From: Octopus sinensis
Taxonomy: Eukaryota
Length of the DNA: 64,000 nt
Assembly (NCBI RefSeq): GCF_006345805.1
Contig: NC_043020.1
Coordinates: forward strand, 6,758,001 to 6,822,000
Direction: 5' to 3'
Of this stretch, positions 38,931 through 51,257 are shown one piece after another (position 1 is the stretch's first letter; every line of letters starts with the position of its first letter). The position numbers were made by a program, and so were the translations under genes. Below the pieces are notes generated by a model. That model was not told the origin of the DNA. It made no database searches and saw nothing but the letters and a program-made list of their open reading frames with translations.

Positions 38931-39275
38931 CACACACACACACAATGTATATATACATACACATACATATGAGAAAGAGGGACAAGTGTGGGTATTAGTG
39001 TGTGGGTGTATATATATGTATTATACACACAGATAATGTCTGAGAGACACACGTTTGTGTGTATGTGAGTTTATGTATATACACACACACACACACACGC
39101 GTATACCAACCTATCCACACAATGCTACATGCACTACCAGGCCCACCCAGCCAACACACACTACATTCCTAATTCTATTCTGTCTGTCTGTCTATCCATC
39201 CATCCATCTAGATAGATAGATAAATAGATAGATAGAAATGTACTTTTACTGTCAAATGAACAAACTTCTAAACTG

Positions 39276-39370
<95 letters not shown>

Positions 39371-39633
39371 TATATGCACTGATCTGTGTTTGTGGTGGGA
39401 GTGCATGTGTGTGTGTTAGTGTATGCGAGAAAGGGCATAACTCACAGCACACACACGCATACTTTAGAGCCTTAATTACATCTCCTAAACTTAGACCCTT
39501 TGATTATTTGGGATGGAGAATGTCGCCAGCAGTTAAAATATCACTGAAGATAATAGGGGACACCAGGATAGGGAGTCACTGACTGTTTCCAGTCATTTAA
39601 TAACTTTCAGGGACCACTCTGTGTAGATGTGTA

Positions 39634-39678
<45 letters not shown>

Positions 39679-39686
39679 ATATATAT

Positions 39687-39767
<81 letters not shown>

Positions 39768-41122
39768 TATACACATATATATACATATATATATATATAC
39801 ACATATATATATACATATATATACACATATATATACATATATATATACACATATATATACATATGTATATATATATACACACTTATATATAGATGCACAT
39901 ACTCACACACCACACTGTCTGTAGAAACCAAGGTAGTTTCCACCCTTGCCTACCACAAGTGATTCCACTTATACCCATGTATTGTCTCAGCTCGTATATT
40001 GCTCAGCCATTCATACATACTAATGTGTACATGCATATAAAATCTACACACACACACACACATATTTATAAACACCTTCACACATTCATATACACACACA
40101 CACACACACATAATTATTTTATCAGTATTAGTAAATTATGTGGTTTCTGCTAAATTTAGATGTTTAACTGCGAACACACACACCTTCTGAGTGTGTGTAT
40201 ATATGTATGTATATACATGTATGTGTTGCTTCCATGTATGTATACACAAATGGGTATTTCATATCTCGACATACAGATTATATTGTTTCCGGTATATTTA
40301 AGTATTTTAATTGCACACACATACAACAGAGCACTGTTTTTGTTTTGTTTAAGGGGAGGGGTAGGTTCTGGGTTTTATCTTTTTATCACAAATCCACACA
40401 AATGTATTTGTGTGTGACTCCGTACTATAGATAACGCCTACATCAGTTTAAAAAACAAAACACAATTTTTTTTCCAGTTAAATTACATTTGCAAGAAACA
40501 ACACAAAATGCTGGAGATATTGTAAATTTTTTTATTGATATGAGATCTTTAACAAAGGGAAATAACACAAAAGGAACATATCCTACCCAGTATAATCTGA
40601 GATATTCTCAACAAAGCAGTTTTGTACTTAATGGAGCATGCAACTGCTATCCATGTCTGTCTGAGAAACTACACATACTGCAACAGCTAATTGTATCTTT
40701 TAACAAGAAGAAACCTGTCATATTACTACCACCAATGGAACTCTGCTGATTAACTTTAAGCCATTAGATGTCAACTTCATCCCATAAAGTTTGGCTGAAA
40801 TCCTCATTGTACCTGAATTTCTGGTGAATGTAAAACAACTTATTTATATTGGTAGCAAATGGGCCACCTCCCATTTGTTAGTGGATGTTTAGTAACCTAT
40901 TTCACCATGTGACCTGAAATAGCCATTGAGAACAAGCCATATTAATTGTGCAATACCAATAAGCCTTATTCAGAAATTGCTACTGTTTCATTACTAAATA
41001 TTATATATATATAAATACACACTCACACATATATTATCACACACATACATAATACAGAGTGGAAGATATATTGACACACATATATCTACATTTATAAGTA
41101 TGTATAAATATGTGTGTATATA

Positions 41123-42395
41123 TAGGGATTGGACAAAATAATGGAAACACCTAGCATCATAGCATCATAATTTTGAAATATCTATAAAACTGTTAAAAGC
41201 TAGTTTATTTTTATGTTTTTTGATTCATTATTAATGTTGCTTAATATGCTTTGCTAAAATTGCTGTTTCTTTTCAGATATCATCAGAAAAGGGTAATAAA
41301 AATTCATTAAAATGACAGATCTATTGGACTTTCAAAGAGGTCGAATTGTTGGTGCTTGTATGGCAGGTGCTAGCGTAATGAAAATAGCTGAAATGTTTGG
41401 TGTATCAAGAAGTACTGTCTTGAAAGTAATGACAGCCTTTGAGAGGGAAAAACCTCCTTGTCGAAACAAAACTCCGGAAGAAAACCAAAACTTTCAAATA
41501 GGGACCGTTAGACCTTTACGCAAATAGTTAGAAAGGATCACAAAAGTACAGCTCCCAAAATTACTGCAGAGCTTAATGACCACCTCAAGAGCCCAGTTTC
41601 TGCAAAAACTGTTCGCTGGGAGCTGCACAAAGCCGGATTTCACAGAGGGGCTGCAATCAGAAAACCACTACTTTCAAAAATAAATGTTGCAAAGCATTTA
41701 GAGTGGAGTAAAAGCCTACAGAATTGGTCCCTAGAGCAGTGGAAGAATGTTATTTTCTCAGACGAGTCCTCCTTTACCTTATTTCTGACCACCAGCTGAG
41801 TATATGTGTGGAGACAGCCAAAAGAAGCATTTGACCCAGACTGCCTTCTTCCAACTGTTAAACATGGAGGAGGATCTGTGATAATCTTGGGGTCTATATC
41901 TAGGAAATTCGCTGGCCCAATAGTTTCCCTTCATGGCCGAATTAATAGTCAAGGCTATTTAAACATTTTATCTGATCAAATTCATCCTATGGTTGCGGAA
42001 CTGTTTCCAGAGGGAAACACAATCTTTCAGGATGATAATGCACCAATTCACACAGCTAAAGTTGTTACTGAATGGCACGAGAACCATTCTAGTGAAGTTG
42101 AACATCTTATCTGGCCACCACAGTCCCCAGATCTCAATATTATTGAACATTTATGGTGCATTTTAGAAAAACAAGTGAGGAGTCGATATCCTCCACCATC
42201 ATCACTAGAAGAATTGGAGACTGTTTTAGCTGAAGAATGGACAAAAATTCCTTTGGAAACAATTTGAAAAAACTTTGTACGAGTTCACACCTCGTAGAAA
42301 TCAAACTGTAATTACCGCTAAATGTGGCCCTACCCCATATTAAAATAAATTTGTTTGAAATTTTAAGGTGTTTCCATTTTTTTGTCCAACCCCTG
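41123..42395 (+). mobile_element. Full-length Tc1-type transposon (1273 bp) with DD36E triad; transposase disrupted
   Basis: 30-bp TIRs (27/30 identical) flanked by TA at 41121-41122 and 42396-42397. ORF remnants from 41312 (MTDLLDFQRGRIVG...) through IFSDESSF, KHGGGSV, FQDDNAPIH, WPPQSPDLNIIEHLW to GPTPY* near 42342; at least one frameshift and two stops. Confidence 0.95.
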
Positions 42396-42482
42396 TATGT
42401 ATAGATACATACTCATGTATACATATTCATACAGCTTTATATATATATATATTTGTTGTTTTGTTTTTTGTTTTTTTTTTTT

Positions 42483-42683
42483 CCAGTTTCAGCTCTGAGC
42501 TGTGGCCATGCTGGGGCACCACATGTGGTGAAAGAGTACAGCAGGGATCACCACCCCTGCCGGAGCCTCGTAGAGCTTTAGGTGTTTTCGCTCAATAAAC
42601 ACACACAACGCCCAGTCTGAGAATCAAAACCGCGATCCTGCGACCGCGAGTCCGCTGCCCTAACCACTAGGCCATTGCGCCTC
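42483..42683 (-). mobile_element. Chimeric SINE: family C head with a short B-like tail variant
   Basis: Leaves the C consensus after ...TTTCACCAC, as at 29985; tail GGTGCCCCAGCATGGCCACAGCTCAGAGCTGAAACTGGAAAAA. Confidence 0.75.
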
Positions 42684-42759
42684 TATATATATATATAACA
42701 CACACACACAGACACACACATATCTCTCTCCCTCTCATATATATGTTTGTGCATGTATG

Positions 42760-42802
<43 letters not shown>

Positions 42803-43348
42803 ACACACTCACACGTCAATGACATATTTAGTATGATCAGTCAGTTCCAAGAATGTAGTCCTCTCGTCAGCTGATTATTGTAATTATTATCACTATGTTT
42901 TTTTTTGTGAGTGTTTTTGTTATTCTATTTTAGATAAATAGGTTTTTACATTTTATCTCTTCTATTTCTACAGGAAATCTCTCTTGAACCGTTCCTGGGA
43001 CAGTGGAATTACTTGGAAAACTTTACGTAACTTGTGGGAAATTACTTGGAAAAAAAGGGTTTTTTTTACCGTTATATGTTGTGAAAAGAAAAATCATATT
43101 TGGTGAGTGGAACTCCTTATTTTGTATTTTTTGGGGGGGATTTGCTTATTTCTTGGTGTTTAATTTTTTATCTTTAACTGCAGCTATGCTGGGGCCCTGT
43201 CTTGAAGAATTTTTAGTACCTTTTTTTTGTTCCCCCCAGCTGTCTCTTTCACCAAACTGCTATCAAGCAGTTGTGGTGGTGGTGAGAACAAAAACTGGTG
43301 TAAAGACACTTGCACATATACATACGTGTAAATCTATCTATCTATCTG

Positions 43349-43403
<55 letters not shown>

Positions 43404-43565
43404 GTCTGTCTATCTGTCTGTCTATCTATCTGTCTATATCTATCTATCTATCTATCTATATGTCTATCTCTATCTATCTATCTATCTTCTATCGTCTATC
43501 TATTATCTATCTATCTATCTATCTGTCTATCTGTCTATCTATCTATCTATCTATCTGTCTATCTG

Positions 43566-43598
<33 letters not shown>

Positions 43599-43612
43599 AC
43601 ACACACACAAAC

Positions 43613-43644
<32 letters not shown>

Positions 43645-44344
43645 TAACATACACACACTAACATACACACACGCATATACTAGTTTAGTAAGTGCCAACA
43701 CACGAAACTCATGCTCATATATATTCCTTATTCAGCCATTAATTACCTTTTACTGGTTTCAGCCATTGGACTGTGGCCATGCTGGGCCACCACCCTGAAG
43801 AGCTGTAGTCGTACAAATCAACCCCTGTCCTTATGTTTTTTTGCTTGTTATTTTTTCTTCAAGTCTGTTAGTTCTTCTATCAGTTCTGCTTTGTCAAACT
43901 GCTAAGTTATATCTATTAAATCAAGTCTAACCTACGGCTAAATAATAGCAATAACAATAGTCTGTACATTAGATAATATAGTCCTAGATACACTATGTCT
44001 GAATAAAGAATGGATCACAACTGGGCTGGGGATGAACAACAACAACAAGGGAGGATGCAGAAAATACATGAGAGCATGGTCACGGAAGGTCTTTGATCAT
44101 AGGTCTGTTGGATCAGGATGGACCGGGGGCTAAACAGCAATAACATCAAATGAACTAACAGCTGTTGGATAACATCTGATTGACCGATTAACAAATATTT
44201 TAATTACCGTGTAATTATCAAAGTTGATTACTTTTGACATAAGCACATGACTTTCTTTTATTGTATTTAAATTTTTTTGATTAGGTTTCTTTTGTCCATA
44301 GACCCATAAATGCAGGCATAGGTGTGTGACAGAAAAGCATCCTT

Positions 44345-44558
44345 TAATAATAATAATAATAATAAACATTGTGTACAGTGCTCAGGTGCACTACAACTCA
44401 TCTAAAGTGCATATATAATCAGGTGTAGTTTCGACGGATTTCGGAAAGCATGAGGGCCTTAAAGGATGCAGTGTCATGGTAGTCAACAACTGACGCCGGC
44501 AGTTTATTCCATGCTTCAGCAACTCTGAGCGTGAAGAAATGTTTCCGAAAGTCATGGG
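44345..44558 (-). mobile_element. CR1/L2-type LINE 3' end
   Basis: Reads HDFRKHFFTLRVAEAWNKLPASVVDYHDTASFKALM (FF..RV...WN.LP motif), then a short UTR and (ATT)n tail. Confidence 0.85.
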
Positions 44559-44888
44559 AGCTTTGTAACCACACAGTTCCCAGTTCAGTTCCACTGTATG
44601 ACAGCTTGAGAAGGTGTCTCTTAAAATAACTTTTGGGCCAACAAAGGCCTTTGTGAGGGGATTTGATTAAGAGAAATTGAGAGAAGCCTGCCTATATATA
44701 TATACACACGCACACACACACAGATAAAGAAATAATTTTATTCTCAAACGCAGGATAATGCTAATAATCTAGCACGAACAGGATAAACTATCCATATTTT
44801 GCAGAAAAATCTGTTGGCAGACTACCATGAGATTTGAACTCACATCCCTATCCTTATCTGTATGTATGTATATATAAATTCTTTTATT

Positions 44889-45271
44889 CTTTTACCTTGT
44901 TTAGTCATTTGACTGAAGCCATGCTGGAGCACCACCTTTAGGAGTTTTAGTCAAACAAATCGACCCAGGACTTATTCTTTGTAAACCTAGTACTTATTCT
45001 GTTGGTCTCTTTTGCCAAACAGCTAAGTTACGGGGATGTAAACACACCATCAGTTGTAAAGCGATGGTGGGGGGACAAACTGACACACAAACATACACAC
45101 ACACATATACGACAGGCTTCTTCCAGTTTCCATCTACCAAATCCGCTCACAAGGCTTTGGTTGGCCCGAGGCTATAGTAGAAGACACTTGCCCAAGGTGC
45201 CATGCAGTGGGACTGAACCTGGAACCATGTGGTTGGGAAGCAAGTTTCTTACCACACAGCCACTCCTGCGC
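44889..45271 (-). mobile_element. SINE family B composite, full length
   Basis: Reverse complement of the family structure. Confidence 0.85.
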
Positions 45272-45903
45272 ACTTAGCATTTTCTTTCTGTCCCTACAAT
45301 CCTGATCTGTTTGCCTGAGGAGGAAGCTCTGTTGGCGTAGCCGCATCAGGCAGAACGGTCTGGTGCTTGCATTTCCCAGGTGTTGGGGTTTTTATCTCAA
45401 TAGCTCTCCATTGAAGCTGTGTGTGTGTGTGTGGATCTTCCTCGAAGTGCTTCTTCTGTCCACCCTTTTTACATGCACTTGCCTTCAGCCAGTTCAATGT
45501 AAGACAGTCTCTTGGCGAGTCATGTGTCAGGCATTCGAACAGGGTGACCTTCTCCCCACCACAGCCACCCCCACCACCCCACCACCACAACCACCCCCAC
45601 CACCACCCGACCTGTGATCTCCTCAGCAGTCTGGAAGTACTCAGTTGATCAGCTCAAGAGAGGAAGACCTCCATATGTGGGATCTTATCGTGTTATCCAT
45701 GCACCTGTCCCCTCTCTCTCTCTCTCTCTCACACACACATACACACCCATGCATATACGGACACATACAGACATGCACACATTCTCTTTCTCCCTCTCTT
45801 TCACACACACACACACATTCTCTCTCACCCATACACACTCTCCTCTCTCTCTCTTGCACACATTCATGTATATATATATATATATATATATACATACATA
45901 CAT

Positions 45904-45961
<58 letters not shown>

Positions 45962-46538
45962 GTGTAGACATACACACACACACACACTTCATCTCTCTGA
46001 CACACACACACACCCATGCACTCTATCCCTTTTTACTCACACACACATCCCTGCATCTATTCATGCATATAGACACATACACACTCTCACATAAATACAC
46101 ACGTCCTCACATACACACATGCTTGCTAACACATATATCATATACACATTTACACACATAATCATACATAACATACACACACACATCACACACACACACT
46201 TAATTTAACCTAATTCCAATCATCTCAAAGTTTTTCTTTCATAATGTTTTCTCACCTTATCTGACCTACCTTGACCTATCTGCTCTGTTGCTGGGTGGGG
46301 GTGAAGCGCCCCCCACTCCCAACTCTTATCCCTTGGTGACTAAATACCAGGAAGAGAGCCGAGTGGAGAAAGGGAGCATGGTGTGGAGTGGGGAGGAAGT
46401 GCACCATCCCACCACCTTTCCCACCATAGCCACCACCATTCCCCCCTTTTAATAACAACCACCATTATTAAAATATCACTGTCACCACCACCATCATCAC
46501 CACCTCAGCTACCACCACAATCAACACTACTGCCAACA

Positions 46539-46590
<52 letters not shown>

Positions 46591-46639
46591 GGGTTGTACT
46601 AAAGGTAAATACAATGGAAGACCTTACTATTTTATTAAC

Positions 46640-46850
46640 TGGAGCTGGCAGAGTCGTTAGCACACTGGGTGAAATGCTTAGCGACATTTCATCTGCCACT
46701 ACATTATGAGTTCAAATCCTATGGAGGTCAACTTTGCCTTTCATCCTTTCAGGGATCGATAAATTCAGTACCAGTTATGTACCGGGGTCAATCTAATCGA
46801 CTGGCTCCTTCCCTCAAAAAAATTTCTGGCCTTGTGCCTATAATAGAAAG
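46640..46850 (+). mobile_element. SINE family A
   Basis: GAGCTGGCAGA...GAGTTCAAATCC...CTTTGCCTTTCATCC. Confidence 0.8.
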
Positions 46851-47058
46851 GATTACCTGAAGTGGGTCCTTCAAATACCACAAGTTGGTAAGAGGGTCTT
46901 CACAGTCACTTTCACCTCATCCGTGTCCCCAAATCATTCTCCCTTGAAGACAGTCCTTCATTAAATCAAATAGGTGGAACAGTTCTAAATTTAAGAGATG
47001 GGGAATTATGTACATTATTTACATTTGATGGATATTTGTGCCCACCTTGTTTGTTGTT

Positions 47059-47104
47059 AACACAATGTTTCAGCTGATATACCCTCCAGCCTTCATCAGG
47101 TTTC
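47059..47104 (-). ncRNA. Type I minimal hammerhead ribozyme motif
   Basis: GAAAC-[CTGATGA]-A-GGCTGG-AGGGTATA-TCAGCT-[GAAA]-CA-[TT]-GTGTT; intact core, 6-bp stem II with two G-U pairs. Confidence 0.7.
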
Positions 47105-47225
47105 TTGGGGAAATTTCAAACCTGGATTCTTATTCAACATGCATATGGCATAGTGGTTGAGAGCGCGGGCTACTAACCCCAAGATTCTAAGTTTGATTCC
47201 AAGCAGTGACCTGAATAATAATATT

Positions 47226-47586
47226 CATCATCATCATTTAGCGTCCGCTTTCCATGCTAGCATGGGTTGGATGGTTCAACTGGGGTCTGGGAAGCCAGAA
47301 GGCTGCACCAGGCCCAGTCTGATCTGGCAATGTTTCTACAGCTGGATGCCCTTCCTAACGCCAACCACTCCATGAGTGTAGTGGGTGCTTTTTACATGCC
47401 AGACAAGACTGGCAAACGGCCACAATCGGATGGTGCTTTTTACGTGCCACCGGCACGGGGGCCAGTCGAGGCTGGCAATGGCCACGAACGGATGGTGCTT
47501 TTTACATGCCACCAGCACGAGGCCAGTCGGGGAGGTGCTGGCAACGGCCACGTTCGGATGGTTCTCTTACGTGCCACCGGCACTGG
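47226..47586 (-). mobile_element. Family E (RTE-type 3' UTR) insertion with 10-bp TSD, nested in the hammerhead element
   Basis: TAATAATATT at 47216-47225 and 47587-47596; (CAT)n tail; about three VNTR monomers. Confidence 0.9.
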
Positions 47587-47662
47587 TAATAATATTAATA
47601 ATAATAATAATAACATCAAAAAATACCTTAGGAATGAGAACCCAGGTTTGAAATTTCCCCAA

Positions 47663-47708
47663 GACACCTGAGGAAGGCTGGAGGGTATACCAGCCGAAAC
47701 ATTGTGTT
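47663..47708 (+). ncRNA. Type I minimal hammerhead ribozyme motif
   Basis: GACAC-[CTGAGGA]-A-GGCTGG-AGGGTATA-CCAGCC-[GAAA]-CA-[TT]-GTGTT; CUGANGA core, perfect 6-bp stem II, stem I GACAC/GTGTT. Confidence 0.7.
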
Positions 47709-47756
47709 AACAACAAACAAGATGAGGACAAATATCTGTCGAATTTAAATAATGCA

Positions 47757-48300
47757 AATGGGTGGAAGTCAAAGGGTACCAGATTTGGGTTGTGCAATGA
47801 ACAAAGGGGCACCATAGACCAGTCCAATTTATCGATTGCCTGATTGCTGACTGAGATAGATTGTTAAAAGTTCACATTGGTAAAGATTATCTCTTGCTTC
47901 TATACAAAGGTATGACTCAACGTAGTCGTCTCTCCATTGCAAGCGATGCATTTGTGCCATAATTGAAAACAATCCCAAGTCCTCTTTGAAAAATGTTCAG
48001 ATGTCCATGGTTCCATGGTTGTGGCCAAATCTTCACCATCACTTTCTCCTCATCTGTCTCACCAAATCGTTGTCCCTAAAAACTGTTCTTCATTGGATCA
48101 AAATGGGTGGAAATCAGCTGGTACCAGATTTGGGCTGTACAGCGAATAAAGGGGTACCACTAATTAGTCTAACTTATCGATTGCCTGATTGCTGGCTGAG
48201 ATAGAGGGTTCAAATTCCACATTGATAAAGATTATCTCTTCCTCGATACAAATGTATTACTCAACATAACTCTGCCACCCTCTTTGAAAACAAAAAGTTC
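47757..48300. repeat. Diverged tandem duplication of an approximately 340-bp unit
   Basis: AATGGGTGGAA..GGTACCAGATTTGGG..TTATCGATTGCCTGATTGCTG occurs at about 47757 and 48101; related pieces at 46925-46979 and 48735-48790. Confidence 0.75.
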
Positions 48301-48959
48301 AGATATGTTTGTGTGTCTGTGTTTGTCCCCCTAGCATTGCTTGACAACTGATGCTGGTATGTTTATGTCCCCCGTCACTTAGCGGTTCGGCAAAAGTGAC
48401 CGATAAGAATAAGTACTGGGCTTACAAAGAATAAGTCCCGGGGTCGAGTTGCTCGACTAAAGGCGGTGCTCCAGCATGGCCGCAGTCAATTGACTGAAAC
48501 AAGTGAAAGAAAAAAATATGCCAGTCTTGTCTTATTCTGTATCCTGCTGAATCTCCCTGAGAACTACATTAAGAATTTGTGTATCTGTGGAGTACTCAGC
48601 CACTTGCAGGCTAATTGCACAAGCAGGCTATTCTGTTGATTAGATCAACTGGAACCCTCGTCATTGTAACCACTGGACTGCCTGCTTTTTTTCTGTGAAG
48701 ACACCTGGTTTAGTGAGCCCATCAAGAGTCCGCAAGCCCCAAATCCTTGTCCCTTGAAGACTGTCCTTCATTGAACCAAACGGGTGGAACTCTACCAGTT
48801 TGAATGATCCTGTAATTCAATATATTCTAACAGTATGTGATATATTTGATGTGGTTGATATTTAGTTTAAAAATTTGTTGGTCTGTCAGGGATGGCAGGG
48901 GAAAAATGGGAACAGAAAGGTGATACCAGTGGGTGGTGAGCCTAGGGAAGAAGGGCTGG

Positions 48960-49570
48960 ATGAGGTGTTTAGAGTGCATGTCCTGGAAGTGTTTAGTTCA
49001 TGCTCTGAAAATGCTGGGGCATGTATTCCAGAAGACTCTAGTATATGGAAACAAGGAGTATTTAGCATATGTTCTGGACGTGTTTAGCTTGAGTTCTGAC
49101 AATCTTTAACTTATGGAAGTGTCTCTAGCACCTATGTACAATAAATGTTTAGCAAGTGTTCTGAAGTGTTTAATATGTGTTCATGAAGAGTTTACTGTGT
49201 TCTGGGAGTGTTTAACTTATATTCTGAACATATCTAACATAAAGGTGTTTAGTGTGTGTGTTCTGGAAGTGTTTAGCTTAAGTTTTAGCAGTTTTATATT
49301 TGTTCTGGAAGTGCCTAGCATGTATGTACAAGTGTTTAGCTTGTGTTCTGGAAGTGTTTAAATTGTATTCTGAATATGTTTAGAGTGTGTGTACAAAGTG
49401 TTTAACATGTGATCTGGAAGTGTTTAATGTATGTTCAAAAAGTGTTCAGTGAGTTCTGCAAGTATTTAGCTTGCAATTCTTCCCAAACGTCTTTGAGTAC
49501 CTTCTTGTAGTATTTAGTGTGTTTACAAGAAGTGTTTAGCTCATGTGTTCTGGAAGTGTTTGCTTACTGT
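48960..49570. repeat. Degenerate minisatellite with GTTCTGGAAGTGTTTA core
   Basis: Core recurs more than 15 times with variable spacing. Confidence 0.8.
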
Positions 49571-49774
49571 TCTAGAAGGTAAGCTGTAGTAGGAGTGAAA
49601 GAATTGTGGTCACATTGTTTTAGCGAGTGAATCGTTACCATCAACGAAATGGTCCTTCTCTCTAGAAGCCCTGATACATTGTTCAGACACATATATCAGC
49701 CCTTTCCCATAGATGGGAGCAGTACTATAATGTGGGATTTTAGCATAGCCCTCTCCATAGTAAACTACTTATAA

Positions 49775-50005
49775 GGCGGCGAGCTGGCAGAATCATTAGC
49801 ACACCAGGCGAAATGCTTAGCAGTATTTCGTCTGCTGCTACGTTCTGAGTTCAAATTCCGCCGAGGTCGACTTTGCCTTTCATCCTTTCGGGGTCGATAA
49901 ATTAAGTACCAGTTACGCAATGGGGTTGATATAATCGACTTAATCCGTGTGTCTGTCCTTGTTTGTCCTCTCTGTGTTTAGCCCCTTGTGGGTAGTAAAG
50001 AAAGT
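49775..50005 (+). mobile_element. Full-length family A SINE with TSD
   Basis: TACTTATAA at 49766-49774 and 50006-50014. Confidence 0.9.
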
Positions 50006-50100
50006 TACTTATAAGGGGTTGAAGTATTTTCTGACCCTAAAAATAAAGCCAAGATATAAAGGGCACAAAATTTGGCCACCATATATGTGTATGATCTCAC

Positions 50101-50174
50101 TGTAACAGACCATCAGAGAACTGTAGTGTAACAGACCATCAGAGAACTGTAGTGTAACAGACCATCAGAGAACT
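50101..50174. repeat. Perfect 26-bp tandem repeat, 2.8 copies
   Basis: Unit TGTAACAGACCATCAGAGAACTGTAG. Confidence 0.95.
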
Positions 50175-50179
50175 TGTTG

Positions 50180-51070
50180 AGTTGTCATGATTTTGTTGTG
50201 ACTTTGTTGTTGTTATGCTTTTGTTGTTATATAATCGTGACTGTTGTTTTTAGGGCTTTATTGGGTTGTTAGGGCTTAGTTAAGTTATGATAGTTTTGTT
50301 GGGTCATCATGGGTCGTTTGTGTCATTGTGGATCTAACTTTGTGTTGTGTCATCACAACTTTGTCAATGTGGTTTCCTGTCATCATGACTTTGTTGTCAG
50401 CTTGGCTTCACTGTGTCATAGTAACTTTGCAGTGTCGTCGTGGGTTTTATGTGTCATCATAACTCTGTTGGAACTGTTGTTGTAATTTTCTGTCATCACA
50501 AGTTTTTGTCATTATGACCTTTTCTGTCATCATGACTTCGTTGTGTCATCGCAACTTCTTTCTTGTATCATTGTAACTTTGTGTCATCACAACTTCATTA
50601 TGTCATTATGACCTTGTTGAGTCAATGGGTCACTTGTTGTCATCATAGCTTTGTTGTAACTTTTTGTCATTTTGTTGTCATCACAACTTTGTGTCAATGT
50701 AATTATCTGTCATCATCACTTCGTGTCATCACGACTTCTTGTGTCATCATGACTTTGCTGTGTCATCATAACTTCTTTCTTGTATCGTTGTGACTTTACT
50801 GCTGTCATGGCTCCATTGTGTCATCACAACCTTTTATGTCATCATGACCTCTTTATGTCATTGTGACTTTATCATGTCATCACAACTTCTTGATGCATCG
50901 TGTCATCACATCATTGTAACTTTGTCATCATAACTTTACACCACTGTAACTTCATCATAACTTCTAGGGGGTTCGTTATGTCATCACGACATTGTAGTGT
51001 TACTGTTACTTTGTCAGGTCATAACTTTATCAATTATTATGATTTTTTTCTTTTGTCATTGTGACTTTGT
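50180..51070. repeat. Degenerate TGTCATCA(C/T)(A/G)ACTT minisatellite
   Basis: Motif recurs dozens of times. Confidence 0.85.
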
Positions 51071-51257
51071 TATATGTATATACTTGTGGGTAAGGAAGGG
51101 AGGAAAAGGGGCCTCAGTACGAACATGAAATCTTTTAAAATCATTACAACTTACCACAGTAACATAAGGCTCTGTTTCTACAACTGAACTCGTTCTGAAG
51201 ATAGTCTGACAAGAAGTTCTGTCATCAGCCAGAATTGTGTAATGGTAGACATCCAAC

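Larger units (their letters stand above)
46980..47754 (+). mobile_element. tRNA-headed, hammerhead-bearing non-autonomous retroelement with an inverted 5' arm (Penelope-like architecture)
   Basis: Inverted arm 46980-47135; A box TGGCATAGTGG 47146-47156; B box GTTTGATTCC 47191-47200; (AAT)n; direct arm 47631-47754; flanked by CAAATAGGTGGAA (46967-46979) / CAAATGGGTGGAA (47755-47767). Confidence 0.7.
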
